From the NCBI GenBank assembly GCA_031082205.1, contig JAVHLJ010000006.1:1445-65444 (forward strand): 64,000 bases of DNA, in the 5' to 3' direction. Made by a program: the position numbers and the translations under genes. Within the stretch, counting starts at the first letter, position 1; every line of letters begins with the position of its first letter. The notes under the pieces are model-generated. The model saw only the letters and a list, made by a program, of their open reading frames with translations, ran no database searches and was not told the DNA's origin. This document shows, piece by piece, positions 37,399 through 46,979 of this stretch. Origin of the DNA: Elusimicrobiales bacterium (GTDB lineage Bacteria; Elusimicrobiota; Elusimicrobia; Elusimicrobiales; UBA9959).

Positions 37399-38646
37399 AT
37401 GAGCACACTCTTCGCGGCTTTAAGGACGGAGCGCGGCCGGCACGTGGCGCGCGGCGTTTTCCTGGCGGGCTTCTCGGCCACTTTCCTCTTCTGCGGCTAC
37501 GAGTTCATCCGCTCGCCAGCCGAATCCATCTTCATGGCCCATTTCAGCGCGGCCGACAAGCCCTACGCGCTGAGCGTGGTGCCTTTCTTCATGGCCGCGC
37601 TCATTTACCTCTACGGGCGCTCGCTCTCGGCCTTCGGCGGCTCCCGCACCATGGTCGGCTCCATGCTGGCCTCGGCCGCCGGCCTGGTCGGCCTCTATTT
37701 CGCCGTGGGCGTCTTCGGCAAGCCGGCCGCCTTCCTGCTCTACGTTTTCAAGGAAGCCTATGTCGTCATCATCTCGGAGCAGTACTGGTCGTTCATCAAC
37801 AGCGTGCTGCGCGACGAGGAGGGAAAGGTCTTCAACGGGCCCGTGGCCGGCCTGGGCGCGCTGGGCTCTCTGCTGGGCGGCTTCTTCCTTAGCCGCTACG
37901 TGGCGTCTTTCGGCACCGAGGCCTTCATCCTCTTCTCGGCCGTCATGTTCTTCCCGGCGGCCGTCCTGATACGCGGCGCCTACAAGGAGGCCGGCGAGCC
38001 GCAGCCCTCCCGCGAGGAGGCCGGCGGCCGCCTCGGCCACGTGCACCTCAGCATACTCAGGCAGAACCGCACGGTGCTCTTCATCGCGCTGGTCATCTTC
38101 AGCACTCAGGTCGTGGCTACCATGCTGGACATGCGCTTCTCGCTGCTCGTGCAGGACGCCATGCCGGACAAGGACCTGCGCACCGCCTACCTGGGCTCTT
38201 TCTGGATGTGGGTGAACAGCTTCTCCTTCTCCATGCAGTTCATCCTGGCGCCGCTGCTGCTGCGCTGGGTGCCTACCCGGGGCATACAGGCGGCCATACC
38301 GGCCGTGCACATCGTCGCCTGCGCGCTGCTGCTGCTGGCCCCGTCGCTGGGCCTGGCGGCCGGCGCCTTCCTGCTCTTCAAGGGCATGGACTATTCGATC
38401 TTCCGCGCCTCCAAGGAGACGCTCTACATACCGTTCTCCTACGACACGCGCTACCGCGCCAAGCAGGTGGCCGACGCCTTCACCTACCGCTTCTCAAAGG
38501 GTTTCACCTCGATAGTCCTGTCCATGATAAAAGCCTCGGGCGGGATGCCGGCCGGCGCCTACGCGGGGGCCGCGCTGGTCTTCGCGGCGGCCTGGCTGGG
38601 CCTCTCTTTCCCGATGACCGCGAAGCGGGAGACGGCCGCCGCCTGA
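37399..38646 (+). CDS. Polytopic membrane transporter, MFS-type, possibly TLC (ATP/ADP antiporter-like) family
   Basis: 415 aa, hydrophobic over most of its length. The N-terminus FLFCGYEFIRSPAESIF...KPYALSVVPFFMAALIYLYGRSL resembles the short Npt/TLC-like family. The family assignment is tentative. Confidence 0.45.
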   Translation: MSTLFAALRTERGRHVARGVFLAGFSATFLFCGYEFIRSPAESIFMAHFSAADKPYALSVVPFFMAALIYLYGRSLSAFGGSRTMVGSMLASAAGLVGLYFAVGVFGKPAAFLLYVFKEAYVVIISEQYWSFINSVLRDEEGKVFNGPVAGLGALGSLLGGFFLSRYVASFGTEAFILFSAVMFFPAAVLIRGAYKEAGEPQPSREEAGGRLGHVHLSILRQNRTVLFIALVIFSTQVVATMLDMRFSLLVQDAMPDKDLRTAYLGSFWMWVNSFSFSMQFILAPLLLRWVPTRGIQAAIPAVHIVACALLLLAPSLGLAAGAFLLFKGMDYSIFRASKETLYIPFSYDTRYRAKQVADAFTYRFSKGFTSIVLSMIKASGGMPAGAYAGAALVFAAAWLGLSFPMTAKRETAAA

Positions 38647-38667
38647 CGCCGGGCGCCCCGTAAAGAG

Positions 38668-38697
38668 AAGAGCCGCCGGGCGGCGGCTCTTTTCTTT
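38668..38697. terminator. Bidirectional intrinsic terminator
   Basis: AGAGCCGCC-gggc-GGCGGCTCT followed by TTTCTTTT. Confidence 0.8.
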
Positions 38698-38716
38698 TCC
38701 GGACCCGGGGCCCGCG

Positions 38717-39709
38717 TCAGTAGTTGAGTGTCAGCGACATGCGGTGGGCGGCTCCCAGGTCGCCCTGCGGGGAGAAGGAATAATCGAGGCTGTATATGTC
38801 GTGCCGCAGCCCGGCGCCCAGGCCTATATTGCGCAGGCCCGTGTTGTCGGTCAGCGACCGGGTATTGAAGCCGGCCCTGAGCGCCATGCCGGTCTTTTTC
38901 CCGAAAGGTATCCTCAGTTCGCTTCCCAGGGCCAGCCAGGGATAATTGTCGTTGGGCTGGGCGAAATCCACCGTTATGTCCAGGTACTTGGCCAGGTGCG
39001 TCACGCTGCCCACTTTCAGCACCAGGGGCAGCGGGGCCTCCTCCTTGTCGTGGCGCAGGCTGCCCATGATATTGAGAGCTACCATGCTCAGGCGGAACCT
39101 GTTGTCGAAGATGTAAGGGAACAGCAGGCCTATGTCGGAAGAGATGGTATTGTCGCTGGCCAGTATCTTGGAGCGGACCAGCTTGCCGGTGGCGCCCAGT
39201 ATGAAGCGCTCCTCGGGGTCGCGGTTGAACCCGGTTATGTAGCAGGCGAAACCGACGCTCAGCGCCAGGTCGTAGGGGCTGAAAGAGCCCAGGTCGACCG
39301 CGTTCTCGTCGGTCCTGTCGATGCCGCCGGCCGAGAAATGCTTGGCCGCCATGCCCCAGGCGCCTACTTCGCCGGCGTTCTGCGCGTAGGCCACGTAGTT
39401 CATCGAGGTGTCGGCCAGGTACATGGAATGCATCATGAAGAGGGACTGTCCCTCGATGTTTATGAGGCCGGCGGGGTTCCAGTCGATGGCCGAGGCGTCG
39501 TCGACCAGCGAGGAATACGCCTCGCCCAGCGCGGCGCCCCTGGGGCCCGCCATTATCTTCAGGAACTGGCCGGAGGAGGTGCCTATGGCCGCCGCCCCGT
39601 ACTCGGCCCGTGCCGGGGCCGGCGCCGCCGCCAGCGCGGCGCAAAGGCAGAGGGCCGCCGCGCGCGTCGCCGCGCGGGCCGCCTTGTCCTCGTCCGGGTA
39701 TCCCGTCAT
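38717..39709 (-). CDS. PorV/PorQ family outer-membrane beta-barrel protein
   Basis: TSSGQFLKIMAGPRGAALGEAYSSLVDDASAIDWNPAGL matches the family N-terminal signature as I recall it. The C-terminus ends SLTLNY (terminal aromatic). The start lies 2 nt after the upstream cargo gene stop. Confidence 0.65.
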   Translation of the reverse strand: MTGYPDEDKAARAATRAAALCLCAALAAAPAPARAEYGAAAIGTSSGQFLKIMAGPRGAALGEAYSSLVDDASAIDWNPAGLINIEGQSLFMMHSMYLADTSMNYVAYAQNAGEVGAWGMAAKHFSAGGIDRTDENAVDLGSFSPYDLALSVGFACYITGFNRDPEERFILGATGKLVRSKILASDNTISSDIGLLFPYIFDNRFRLSMVALNIMGSLRHDKEEAPLPLVLKVGSVTHLAKYLDITVDFAQPNDNYPWLALGSELRIPFGKKTGMALRAGFNTRSLTDNTGLRNIGLGAGLRHDIYSLDYSFSPQGDLGAAHRMSLTLNY

Positions 39710-39711
39710 GT

Positions 39712-42700
39712 TCAGCGCTCCACCGCCAGCTTGAAAACTTTTCCCTCGCCGCCGGGCGGCTTGATGAAGGCCAGGTATACGCCGCTGGCCACCTCCGTGC
39801 CTTTCTCGTTCTTTCCGTCCCAGGTGCCGGTGCCGTCATGCCCGGTCTTGAACTCCCGGACCAGCTCGCCCAGGAGGGTGTAGATCTTGACGCTGGCGTC
39901 GTAGGGCAGGTTGGCGAAGCGCACCGCCCCGGCTACCGACGAGGGACGGAAAGGATTCGGGTAGATCTTCACGCCGGACAGCCCCGCGGCGGGCTGAGAC
40001 ACCATTATCTGGAAAGTGGAGAGGTGCCAGGTCTGGGCGCGCACCACGTTCGCCGCGGTGTCGGGTACTGAGGGCAGCGGGACCCAGCGCGAGCTGGAGA
40101 CGTCGTAGAGCGCCAGTATCAGGCTGCGCTCGTCGGTGCCCGCGGGCAGAGAGCTCTCCAGGTAAGGAACGGCCAGCGTGAGGGCGCTCAGTACCGAGAC
40201 CGGCGGGAAATGGGTGACCTCCATTCCCACGCCCGTGGGTATGAGCGTGCCGGCGTTGCCGGGGGCGGAGGGGAAGTCGGTCTCCGGCTCTATCGTTATC
40301 CTGGTGGAGCCGCCCAGCGCGCCGGCCGGCGCCGTCACGGAATAGTCGCCGTACGAGGTGGGCAGCGTCACCACGGTATCCTCGCCGTAAGGCGCGGTAA
40401 GGCTCTGGCCGGAAAGGGTCCTGGTCGATCCCGAGTCGGAGAAGACCGAGCGGAATATCCCGCCCCGGCTTATGGCCTGTATCCTGGCGTAATAAGTCGT
40501 CCCTACGAGGAGGCCGGTAAAATCGAAGCTGAGGCCGCCGGCCGTGCCCGAAGAGTACATCGGGTCGAAGCCCTCCTCCGTGGAAACCTCCACCGCGTAC
40601 ACGGTCCCGGTCTGGTTATTGCCGTGCAGCCAGTGCAGCGTGAAGCCGTCGAGCCGCATGCCCGAGAAGGCCTGCGGCTTGGCCAGGACCTGCGCCGTGG
40701 CCGGCAGAGTGAGGGGCGCCGGCAGCGGCGCGTATTTGGTGCCCACTCCGGTATGGTTCAGGGCGGAGACCCGCGAATAGTAGGAGGCGTTCGACAGCAG
40801 TCCGCCGAACCAGGCGCTGAGGCTGAGCGTGGTGGAGGAATGGACCGCGCCCGAGAAGTCCGGCAGGGTGGATATCTCCACGGTGTATTCCGTGGAAGGA
40901 GGGGGAGGGTTTGCCCCGTTGCCCCAGTTTATGGTGACCGAGGACTGCCAGACTCCCGACGGGGCGGCGTTCTCCGGAACGAAGGCGAGCGTGGCCATAG
41001 GAGAGAAGGCGTACGGGCCCTCGGCTATGCCGCGGCGGTTGTACGAGGTCACCTGGAAGAAATAGGTAGTGTTCGGTATCAGCCCCGCCGTGCTCAGGTA
41101 AGTGTTGTAGGTGTCGGAGCTGACGACCTGCCCGCCTACGAGCGCGGTGCTGCTCGCCACCCGGTAGAGCGTGTCCGCCGGATTGGTCCCCGCCGTCCAA
41201 TTGACGCGCAGGGTCCCCGTGGTCATGTCGGTATAGGCTGCCTGCAGCGGGCGCGCCGCGCGGGTCGCCGTCGCGACGAGGAGGGCGTAGTTGGCCCCGC
41301 CGTCCTGGGCCAGCGTCCCCAGCCGCAGGTAATAACTCGTGTTGGCGGCCAGGCCGGCTATCGTCAGCGTGGAGGTCCCTATGGCCGCGGACCGGGAGGA
41401 GAACTCGATCGTGGCGAAAGAAGGGGACTGCGAGGCTTCGAGCAGATAGCCGCCGGCCGCCGTCTGTTCCTGAGGGCCGGACGGCAGGGCCGACCAGGTC
41501 ACCGCGATGCTGGAATAGAACACCCCGCTGAAAGCCACGCCTGACGGCAGCGGCGGCAGCGTGTAGTCGTAAGAGGGGGTTGAGACGGTATAGACGGTGG
41601 TGCCGGCGAAAACGGGCCCCGCCCTGAAGTAGTAGAGAGTGTTGGGGTCGAGGCCTTCGACGCTAACCGAGGTCGCCGCCCCGTTCGAGGTGAAGCCTTC
41701 GGCCTCTATGGTCGCGAACGAAGAGAACGCCGACGCCTGCAGTACATAGCCGTCCGACCCGGCGGGGTCGAAGGTCACGGCCGCGCTGGTGCTCCATACA
41801 CGGTAGAGAGTCACCAGGGCCAGCGGATCGGCCGCCAGCGTGACCGTCTGGCCGATATCCGTGTAGGTAGGGGTATTGTCCCAGTTCAGCGTGGCCAGGC
41901 GCAGGTAATAGGTGGTGCTGGGGCGCAGGCTGTCGAAGCCGATTCTCCCGTTATTGGCGGCCGGAGCGGCCGAGGAGGTTATCACCGAGCCTTCGCCGAA
42001 AGGCCTGGTCGAACGCTGCAGGACATAGCCCTCGCAGGCCGAGCCCTGCGGCGCGAGCGGCAGGGGGGAGAAATGGACCGTAAGGGAGGTCTTGTCGGGC
42101 GCTATCGGCGGGTTGATCTGGTTGTTCAGGCCCGCCGGGTTGGCCCTGGTTATGGTTGACAGCACCGCGGTGTAGTTGAGCTCGCCGTTGGAGTTGAGGG
42201 AACCGGCCCTGAAATACCAGGTGGTGTTGGGCTGCAGCCCCGCCACGGTCAGGGAATTGTCGGCCAGCGCGTAGGTGCGGCTGGAGATTACGGGGGCCGG
42301 GCCGGCGAAAGCGTCGCTTGAAGCCTGCAGCTCGTAGCCCTCGGCGCCCCCTACCAGCGCGCCCCAGGAGAGCGACGCCTCGTTTATGTCCCTGGAGACG
42401 AGGGCGAAAGAAGAGATGGTGGAGGCCTGCGTCGTGAAGTCGTCCACGTCGCTCAGGTTGGCGGCGTAGTTCCAGTTCAGCGCGCCCGCCTTGTAGTAAT
42501 AGGTCGTATTGGTCAGCAGTCCCGTTATGGACAGCGAGCCGAGCGCCGGCTGCAGCGTGGACGAGGTGTGGACTACGCCCTCGAAGACCGGCGAGCTGGA
42601 CATGGTCAGCGTGTAGCCCTCGGCGGCGCGCTCCCGCACGGCGCCCGTCATGGGGGTCCAGGACACGGCGGCGCTGCTGCGGTAGGCTGAATACGAGAGG

Positions 42701-43347
42701 TTCTCCAGCCTGGCCGCCAGCGTGCTCGTCGCGGTCTGCACGGCGGCCGTTTCCACGTCCGCCAGGTTGGAGGCCCTTACCCTGAACTGGTAGGTGGTAT
42801 TGGCCAGCAGGCCGCCCAGCGTCCAGGGGGGCATGACGTCCGCGAGTGTGTACTTGTACGAGGTGAAACTGGTGTGCGAGGTGTATTCCAGTATGTACTC
42901 GGTCGTTTCGGGGTTGCCGTTGGTCGCCCAGCCTATGTTGACATGGGCCGTCACCGACGATTCCGCGTTGAAGAAGTATTCGCCCTGCTGGAAGTATATG
43001 CCCGACGGCGCGGCCGCCAGCGTCACCGCCTGGGTGACGTTGCCCGCGTAAGAGCCGCCGGAGCTCTTGACCCGGAAATAGTAAAGCGTGTCGCGGGTGA
43101 GGCCGGATACGGTGACATCGGACGCCGCGGAAATGCCCGAATCGGTGAGAGGCGAGAAATCGGATTCCTCGGATATTTCCCAGGTGTAGTTCGGAGTGCC
43201 GTCGTTCCAGTCGAAGGTCAGGCTGGTCTCGGTCCAGCCGGCGGCGGCGGGGCTGAGCTGCGCCGAGGCCGTGGCCGCCAACGCCGGCGCCAGGCACAGC
43301 GCGAGGGCGCCGGCCAAAAGCCTGGACTTTCCGGTCGGAAGGGACAT
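39712..43347 (-). CDS. Large surface protein: ~10 fibronectin type III-like repeats + T9SS type-A/FlgD-Ig-like C-terminal sorting domain
   Basis: Signal peptide MSLPTGKSRLLAGALALCLAPALAATASA. ATG 43347 preferred over the TTG at 43386. Ten recurrences of an FN3 F-strand-like motif (DTLYYFRV, NTTYQFRV, NTTYYYKA, NTTWYFRA, STTYYLRL, NTLYYFRA, NTSYYLRL, NTTYFFQV, NASYYSRV, GTTYYARI). C-terminal KIYPNPFRP...VKIYTLLGELV...WDGKNEKGTEVASGVYLAFI. Confidence 0.7.
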   Translation of the reverse strand: MSLPTGKSRLLAGALALCLAPALAATASAQLSPAAAGWTETSLTFDWNDGTPNYTWEISEESDFSPLTDSGISAASDVTVSGLTRDTLYYFRVKSSGGSYAGNVTQAVTLAAAPSGIYFQQGEYFFNAESSVTAHVNIGWATNGNPETTEYILEYTSHTSFTSYKYTLADVMPPWTLGGLLANTTYQFRVRASNLADVETAAVQTATSTLAARLENLSYSAYRSSAAVSWTPMTGAVRERAAEGYTLTMSSSPVFEGVVHTSSTLQPALGSLSITGLLTNTTYYYKAGALNWNYAANLSDVDDFTTQASTISSFALVSRDINEASLSWGALVGGAEGYELQASSDAFAGPAPVISSRTYALADNSLTVAGLQPNTTWYFRAGSLNSNGELNYTAVLSTITRANPAGLNNQINPPIAPDKTSLTVHFSPLPLAPQGSACEGYVLQRSTRPFGEGSVITSSAAPAANNGRIGFDSLRPSTTYYLRLATLNWDNTPTYTDIGQTVTLAADPLALVTLYRVWSTSAAVTFDPAGSDGYVLQASAFSSFATIEAEGFTSNGAATSVSVEGLDPNTLYYFRAGPVFAGTTVYTVSTPSYDYTLPPLPSGVAFSGVFYSSIAVTWSALPSGPQEQTAAGGYLLEASQSPSFATIEFSSRSAAIGTSTLTIAGLAANTSYYLRLGTLAQDGGANYALLVATATRAARPLQAAYTDMTTGTLRVNWTAGTNPADTLYRVASSTALVGGQVVSSDTYNTYLSTAGLIPNTTYFFQVTSYNRRGIAEGPYAFSPMATLAFVPENAAPSGVWQSSVTINWGNGANPPPPSTEYTVEISTLPDFSGAVHSSTTLSLSAWFGGLLSNASYYSRVSALNHTGVGTKYAPLPAPLTLPATAQVLAKPQAFSGMRLDGFTLHWLHGNNQTGTVYAVEVSTEEGFDPMYSSGTAGGLSFDFTGLLVGTTYYARIQAISRGGIFRSVFSDSGSTRTLSGQSLTAPYGEDTVVTLPTSYGDYSVTAPAGALGGSTRITIEPETDFPSAPGNAGTLIPTGVGMEVTHFPPVSVLSALTLAVPYLESSLPAGTDERSLILALYDVSSSRWVPLPSVPDTAANVVRAQTWHLSTFQIMVSQPAAGLSGVKIYPNPFRPSSVAGAVRFANLPYDASVKIYTLLGELVREFKTGHDGTGTWDGKNEKGTEVASGVYLAFIKPPGGEGKVFKLAVER

Positions 43348-43358
43348 ATAGCTTTTAT

Positions 43359-43386
43359 AGTTTAACAGATTCGGCCCGAAATTCAA
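43359..43386 (-). promoter_or_regulatory. Candidate promoter of the FN3-cargo/PorV operon (near-leaderless)
   Basis: Minus strand TTGAAT-16 nt-TAAACT. The -10 ends 11 nt before ATG 43347. Shares GTTAAACTATA with the site at 47768. Confidence 0.4.
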
Positions 43387-43525
43387 TTAACGATATGTTA
43401 CAGGGGAGCCCATTGAAAGCGGCTCGGCTTGTATTATATTATAATTGCGTCGGCGCCATTCGCGCGCATTCCCGACAGCGAACCCCCAGCCCCAGCCGGG
43501 CTCCCGCGCAGCCAGGAGAGAACGA

Positions 43526-44650
43526 ATGACGGAAAAAAAACTGAACATACTCGTAATAAACCCGGGCTCCACCTCCGACGAGGTGAGCTATTACCGCGGC
43601 AACGACCTGGTCTTCCATAAGACCGTCCGCTACAGCCCCGCGGAGCTCGCGCCTTTCGAGCGGGAGAAGATAACGGCTCAGTTCGATTTCCGCAAGAAGA
43701 TGGTCCTGAGGTCCCTGCAGGAGCACGGCGTGGACCCTAAGGAGATGCACGCCGTGATAGGACGCGGCGGCCTGGTCAAGCCCATAGAGGGCGGCGTCTA
43801 CGAAGTGGACGAGGCCCTGCTGGCCGACCTGCGCGAGGGCGTGCTGGGCGACCACTCCTCCAATCTCGGCGGCATCATAGCCCAGGACATAGCCGCCCCG
43901 CTGGGCATCAAGGCCTTCATCGCCGACCCGGTCGTGGTGGACGAGATGGACCCGCTGGCCCGCTATTCCGGCATGCCGGAGAACCCGCGCATCTCCATCT
44001 TCCACGCCCTCAACCAGAAGCGCTGCGGCCGCCACGCCGCGCGCCAGCTGGGCAAGCCCTACGAGGAATGCCGGCTGATAATCATGCACGGCGGCGGCGG
44101 CATCTCCGTCGGCGCGCACCGCGACGGGCGCGTGGTGGACGTCAACAACGCGCTCAACGGCGACGGCCCCTTCACCCCGCAGCGCTCCGGCGGCGTGCCG
44201 GCCGGCGGCCTGGTGAAGATGTGCTTCAGCGGCAAGTACAGCCAGCAGGACATGATGCTCAAGCTCAAAGGCCAGGGCGGCCTGGTGGCCTACACCGGCA
44301 CCTCGGACTGCATCGCCCTGGAGAAATACATACTCAGCGGAGAGGTAAAGGAAGGCGCGGGCCTGGACCCCGCGAAGATAAGCCGCGAGCAGGCTAAGGA
44401 GGCCGTGCTGGCCATGGCCTACCAGGTGGCCAAGGAGATAGGCGCCATGGCCTGCGTGCTCGAAGGCAAGGTGGACGCCGTGGTGCTGACCGGCGGCCTG
44501 GCCTACGACAAGATAGTGGTGGAGGAGCTCAAGCGCAGGATCTCCTGGATAGCGCCCGTGCTCTCCTATCCCGGCGGCGACGAGATGGCCGCGCTGCGCA
44601 TAGCGGCGGAGAAAGGCGTGCTGCACCCGAATTTGGTCAAAAAATACTGA
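43526..44650 (+). CDS. buk: Butyrate kinase
   Basis: MTEKKLNILVINPGSTSDEV start with SD AGGAGAG. ASKHA-fold layout, about 374 aa. Confidence 0.85.
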   Translation: MTEKKLNILVINPGSTSDEVSYYRGNDLVFHKTVRYSPAELAPFEREKITAQFDFRKKMVLRSLQEHGVDPKEMHAVIGRGGLVKPIEGGVYEVDEALLADLREGVLGDHSSNLGGIIAQDIAAPLGIKAFIADPVVVDEMDPLARYSGMPENPRISIFHALNQKRCGRHAARQLGKPYEECRLIIMHGGGGISVGAHRDGRVVDVNNALNGDGPFTPQRSGGVPAGGLVKMCFSGKYSQQDMMLKLKGQGGLVAYTGTSDCIALEKYILSGEVKEGAGLDPAKISREQAKEAVLAMAYQVAKEIGAMACVLEGKVDAVVLTGGLAYDKIVVEELKRRISWIAPVLSYPGGDEMAALRIAAEKGVLHPNLVKKY

Positions 44651-44664
44651 TAAGGAGACTTCCC

Positions 44665-45594
44665 ATGAACTTCAAGAATTTCGACGACCTGCTGTCCAAG
44701 GTGCGCGGAAAGACCAACCGCATCGTGGTCCCCGGCGCCAACAACGACGAGGTGCTGACCGCCTGCAAGATGGGCGTGGACAACTCTATAATCTCCGGCG
44801 GCATACTTATAGGGCCCAGGGCGCAGGTCGAGGAGATGGCGAAGAAGGTAGGCCTCAAGCTCGACATCTTCGAGATAGTGGACAAGAGCGATTACGCCGA
44901 GATGTGCAACCTGGCCGTCGACCTGGTCAAGGCCGGCAAGGGCGACTTCCTGGTCAAGGGCCTCGTCGACACCAAGTTCTACATGAAAGCCATACTCCGC
45001 AAGGAGATAGGCGCCGTGGCCGAGGGCACCGTGCTCAGCCACTTCGTCCTGTTCGAACAGGCCAACTACCACAAGCTCTTCGCCGTCACCGACGCGGCCA
45101 TCATGATAAGCCCCACGCTGGAGCAGAAGGCCATGATCCTCAACAACGCGGTGGACATGATGCGCATGCTGGGCGTGGAGAAGCCCAATGTCGCGGTGGT
45201 CTGCCCCGTGGAGAAGGTCAACGAGAAGATCCCCAGCACGCTCGACGCGGCCGCGCTGGCGGGCATGAACAAGGAAGGGAAGATAAAGAACTGCGTGGTG
45301 GAGGGCCCCTACGACGTGTACATCTCCTTCTCCAAGGAGCTCGCCGCCGAGAAAGGCATCAAGGGCGCCGTCGTGCCCGGCAACACCGACATCGCGCTGT
45401 TCCCCGACCTCGACTCGGCCAACCCGGTGTACAAATGCCTGAGCTTCTTCGGCGCCGGCATGAAATCCGCCACCCTGCTGGCCGGCTCCAATATCCCGGT
45501 CATCCTGCCCTCGCGCACGGATTCGCCGATGACCAAGCTGCATTCGATAGCGCTGGCCTGCTATCTCAAGGACAGGAACAAGGTGCCGGCCTGA
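44665..45594 (+). CDS. ptb: Phosphate butyryltransferase (phosphate acyltransferase family)
   Basis: 309 aa with a Pta/Ptb-type sequence (RIVVPGANNDEVLTA..., GNTDIALFPDLDSANPVYK). Adjacent to buk. Confidence 0.8.
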   Translation: MNFKNFDDLLSKVRGKTNRIVVPGANNDEVLTACKMGVDNSIISGGILIGPRAQVEEMAKKVGLKLDIFEIVDKSDYAEMCNLAVDLVKAGKGDFLVKGLVDTKFYMKAILRKEIGAVAEGTVLSHFVLFEQANYHKLFAVTDAAIMISPTLEQKAMILNNAVDMMRMLGVEKPNVAVVCPVEKVNEKIPSTLDAAALAGMNKEGKIKNCVVEGPYDVYISFSKELAAEKGIKGAVVPGNTDIALFPDLDSANPVYKCLSFFGAGMKSATLLAGSNIPVILPSRTDSPMTKLHSIALACYLKDRNKVPA

Positions 45595-45642
45595 CAAAAA
45601 AGGGGAACCCGCGCCGCGTGGCGTACCCATAGGAGAACAAAG

Positions 45643-46110
45643 ATGATCTGGAACTTCATAAAGGAAAAGCTGTCCAAGGAAAAGCCGGCGGAGCCTAAAA
45701 AAGAGGCCTCCCCGTCAGCGGCCGCGGCCGTCAAGCCCGTGCCGCCGTCGGCGGAGAAGCAGGCCCAGGCCGCGGCCGTGAAAACGGCCAAGCCGGTCAA
45801 GGACAAGACCGACGATGAACTGGCCGCGGAACTCGACAAGATCTCGCCCGAGATCCTGTCCCAGGCCCGCACGCCGCAGATGCGCCAGATGATAATCGGC
45901 GTCTACCGCAAGATGCTGGCCGACGGCGTCGACATAAACGACGGCCACGCCGTCAAGAAGTGGCTCAAGAAGCATCCCGAGGTGCTGCAGGGCGGCGAGG
46001 TGCAGAAGGTGGAGACCGTGCGCCGCGAGGAGCCCAAGATCGGCCGCAACGATCCCTGCCATTGCGGCTCGGGAAAGAAATACAAGAAGTGCTGCGGCGC
46101 CAAGGGCTGA
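45643..46110 (+). CDS. SEC-C metal-binding motif protein
   Basis: The C-terminal [14 protein letters not shown] is the SEC-C motif. The N-terminal region is low-complexity, rich in K, P, A and E. Confidence 0.65.
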   Translation: MIWNFIKEKLSKEKPAEPKKEASPSAAAAVKPVPPSAEKQAQAAAVKTAKPVKDKTDDELAAELDKISPEILSQARTPQMRQMIIGVYRKMLADGVDINDGHAVKKWLKKHPEVLQGGEVQKVETVRREEPKIGRNDPCHCGSGKKYKKCCGAKG

Positions 46111-46133
46111 GCCCCTTTCCGCCAGGCGTGAAA

Positions 46134-46172
46134 AGAAGACCCCCGGCGTACGGCCGGGGGTCTTCTCCTTTA
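46134..46172. terminator. Bidirectional intrinsic terminator
   Basis: AGAAGACCCCCGGC-gtacg-GCCGGGGGTCTTCT: a 14-bp perfect stem with T/A-runs on both sides. Confidence 0.8.
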
Positions 46173-46186
46173 TCAGGCGGCGTCGG

Positions 46187-46972
46187 TCAGTTCCAGGAAA
46201 CGGCCGGGAGCTCCGCGTTCTGCGGGACCGCGAGCTCCTGGTTGAAATCGGGGTTGTCCGCGCTGAGGTCTATGAACCTGCCGTCGCCGTAGACGCCGTA
46301 GGTCTGGAAGCCGTCCACCTTGTCTATCAGCGGGCTGCTGAAGGTCCAGGCGGCGTCCGTCTGCAGGTAAGCCACGGGGGCCTCGTCCGTGCCGGCGTTG
46401 GCGGGGTTGGAGATCCTGATGCCGAGAGAGAACTTGGTCGCCCACTTTATGTCGAACCTTTCGGTCTTGACCGTCAGGTTGCCGATGTAGGCGCCCTTGC
46501 CGTCGGGCGTTTTTCCGCCGTAATTGAAGGAAACTGCGTAGGCCATGTCCAGGACGGTCACGCCCGACCTGTTCGCGCAGGTTATGCCGTAGCGCGCTTC
46601 GCGGCGGCCCTTCCAGCCGGAGATCTGGCTCCAGCTGGCCCATCCCGGGTAGGCGCTGGCGTAATAATGGTCCAGGTGAGCGACCGGTTGTCCGGCGTTG
46701 ATTATCTTCCAGGCCCCGGCGCCGACCGCGACTATGACCACGCCGGGACCGATCTTCCCGCCGGTGAAAACGGGGCCGCCCGGCTGCAGCTGCGGCTCCT
46801 GGCCGAAGAGGGGGCCGCCGGCCGGCAGCGCCGGCTCCTGGGAGAATGGTACGGTGCTGTCGGACAGCCGTGTGAACACGCACCGCGTGGTTATGCCCTT
46901 CTCCTCCGCGGCCCCGGCGAAGGCCGGGGCCTGGAGCATCAGCAGGGCCAACAGGGCGTTGCGGAGTGTCAT
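46187..46972 (-). CDS. Secreted protein of unknown function, tandem paralog A
   Basis: Signal peptide MTLRNALLALLMLQAPAFAGAA. The core aligns with the neighbouring gene (AWKIINAGQ...YASAYPGW...ISGWKG...VLD..Y.VSF.YGG...G.YI.N.T.K..RF.IKW...IRIS.P.N.GT...P.AY.Q.D..W.FSSP...GFQTY.V.GDG.F.D.S). Both proteins end in WN. Confidence 0.6.
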   Translation of the reverse strand: MTLRNALLALLMLQAPAFAGAAEEKGITTRCVFTRLSDSTVPFSQEPALPAGGPLFGQEPQLQPGGPVFTGGKIGPGVVIVAVGAGAWKIINAGQPVAHLDHYYASAYPGWASWSQISGWKGRREARYGITCANRSGVTVLDMAYAVSFNYGGKTPDGKGAYIGNLTVKTERFDIKWATKFSLGIRISNPANAGTDEAPVAYLQTDAAWTFSSPLIDKVDGFQTYGVYGDGRFIDLSADNPDFNQELAVPQNAELPAVSWN

Positions 46973-46979
46973 CGTTCGC

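Noticed and set aside
37392-39883. Alternative-frame ORFs 37392..37892(+), 37420..38310(-), 38559..39839(-) and 38744..39883(+) that overlap the transporter and PorV-like genes.
   Set aside because: They are Arg/Gly/Pro-rich translations with no motifs. The chosen frames give a coherent polytopic membrane protein and a beta-barrel with a family signature and a terminal aromatic residue.
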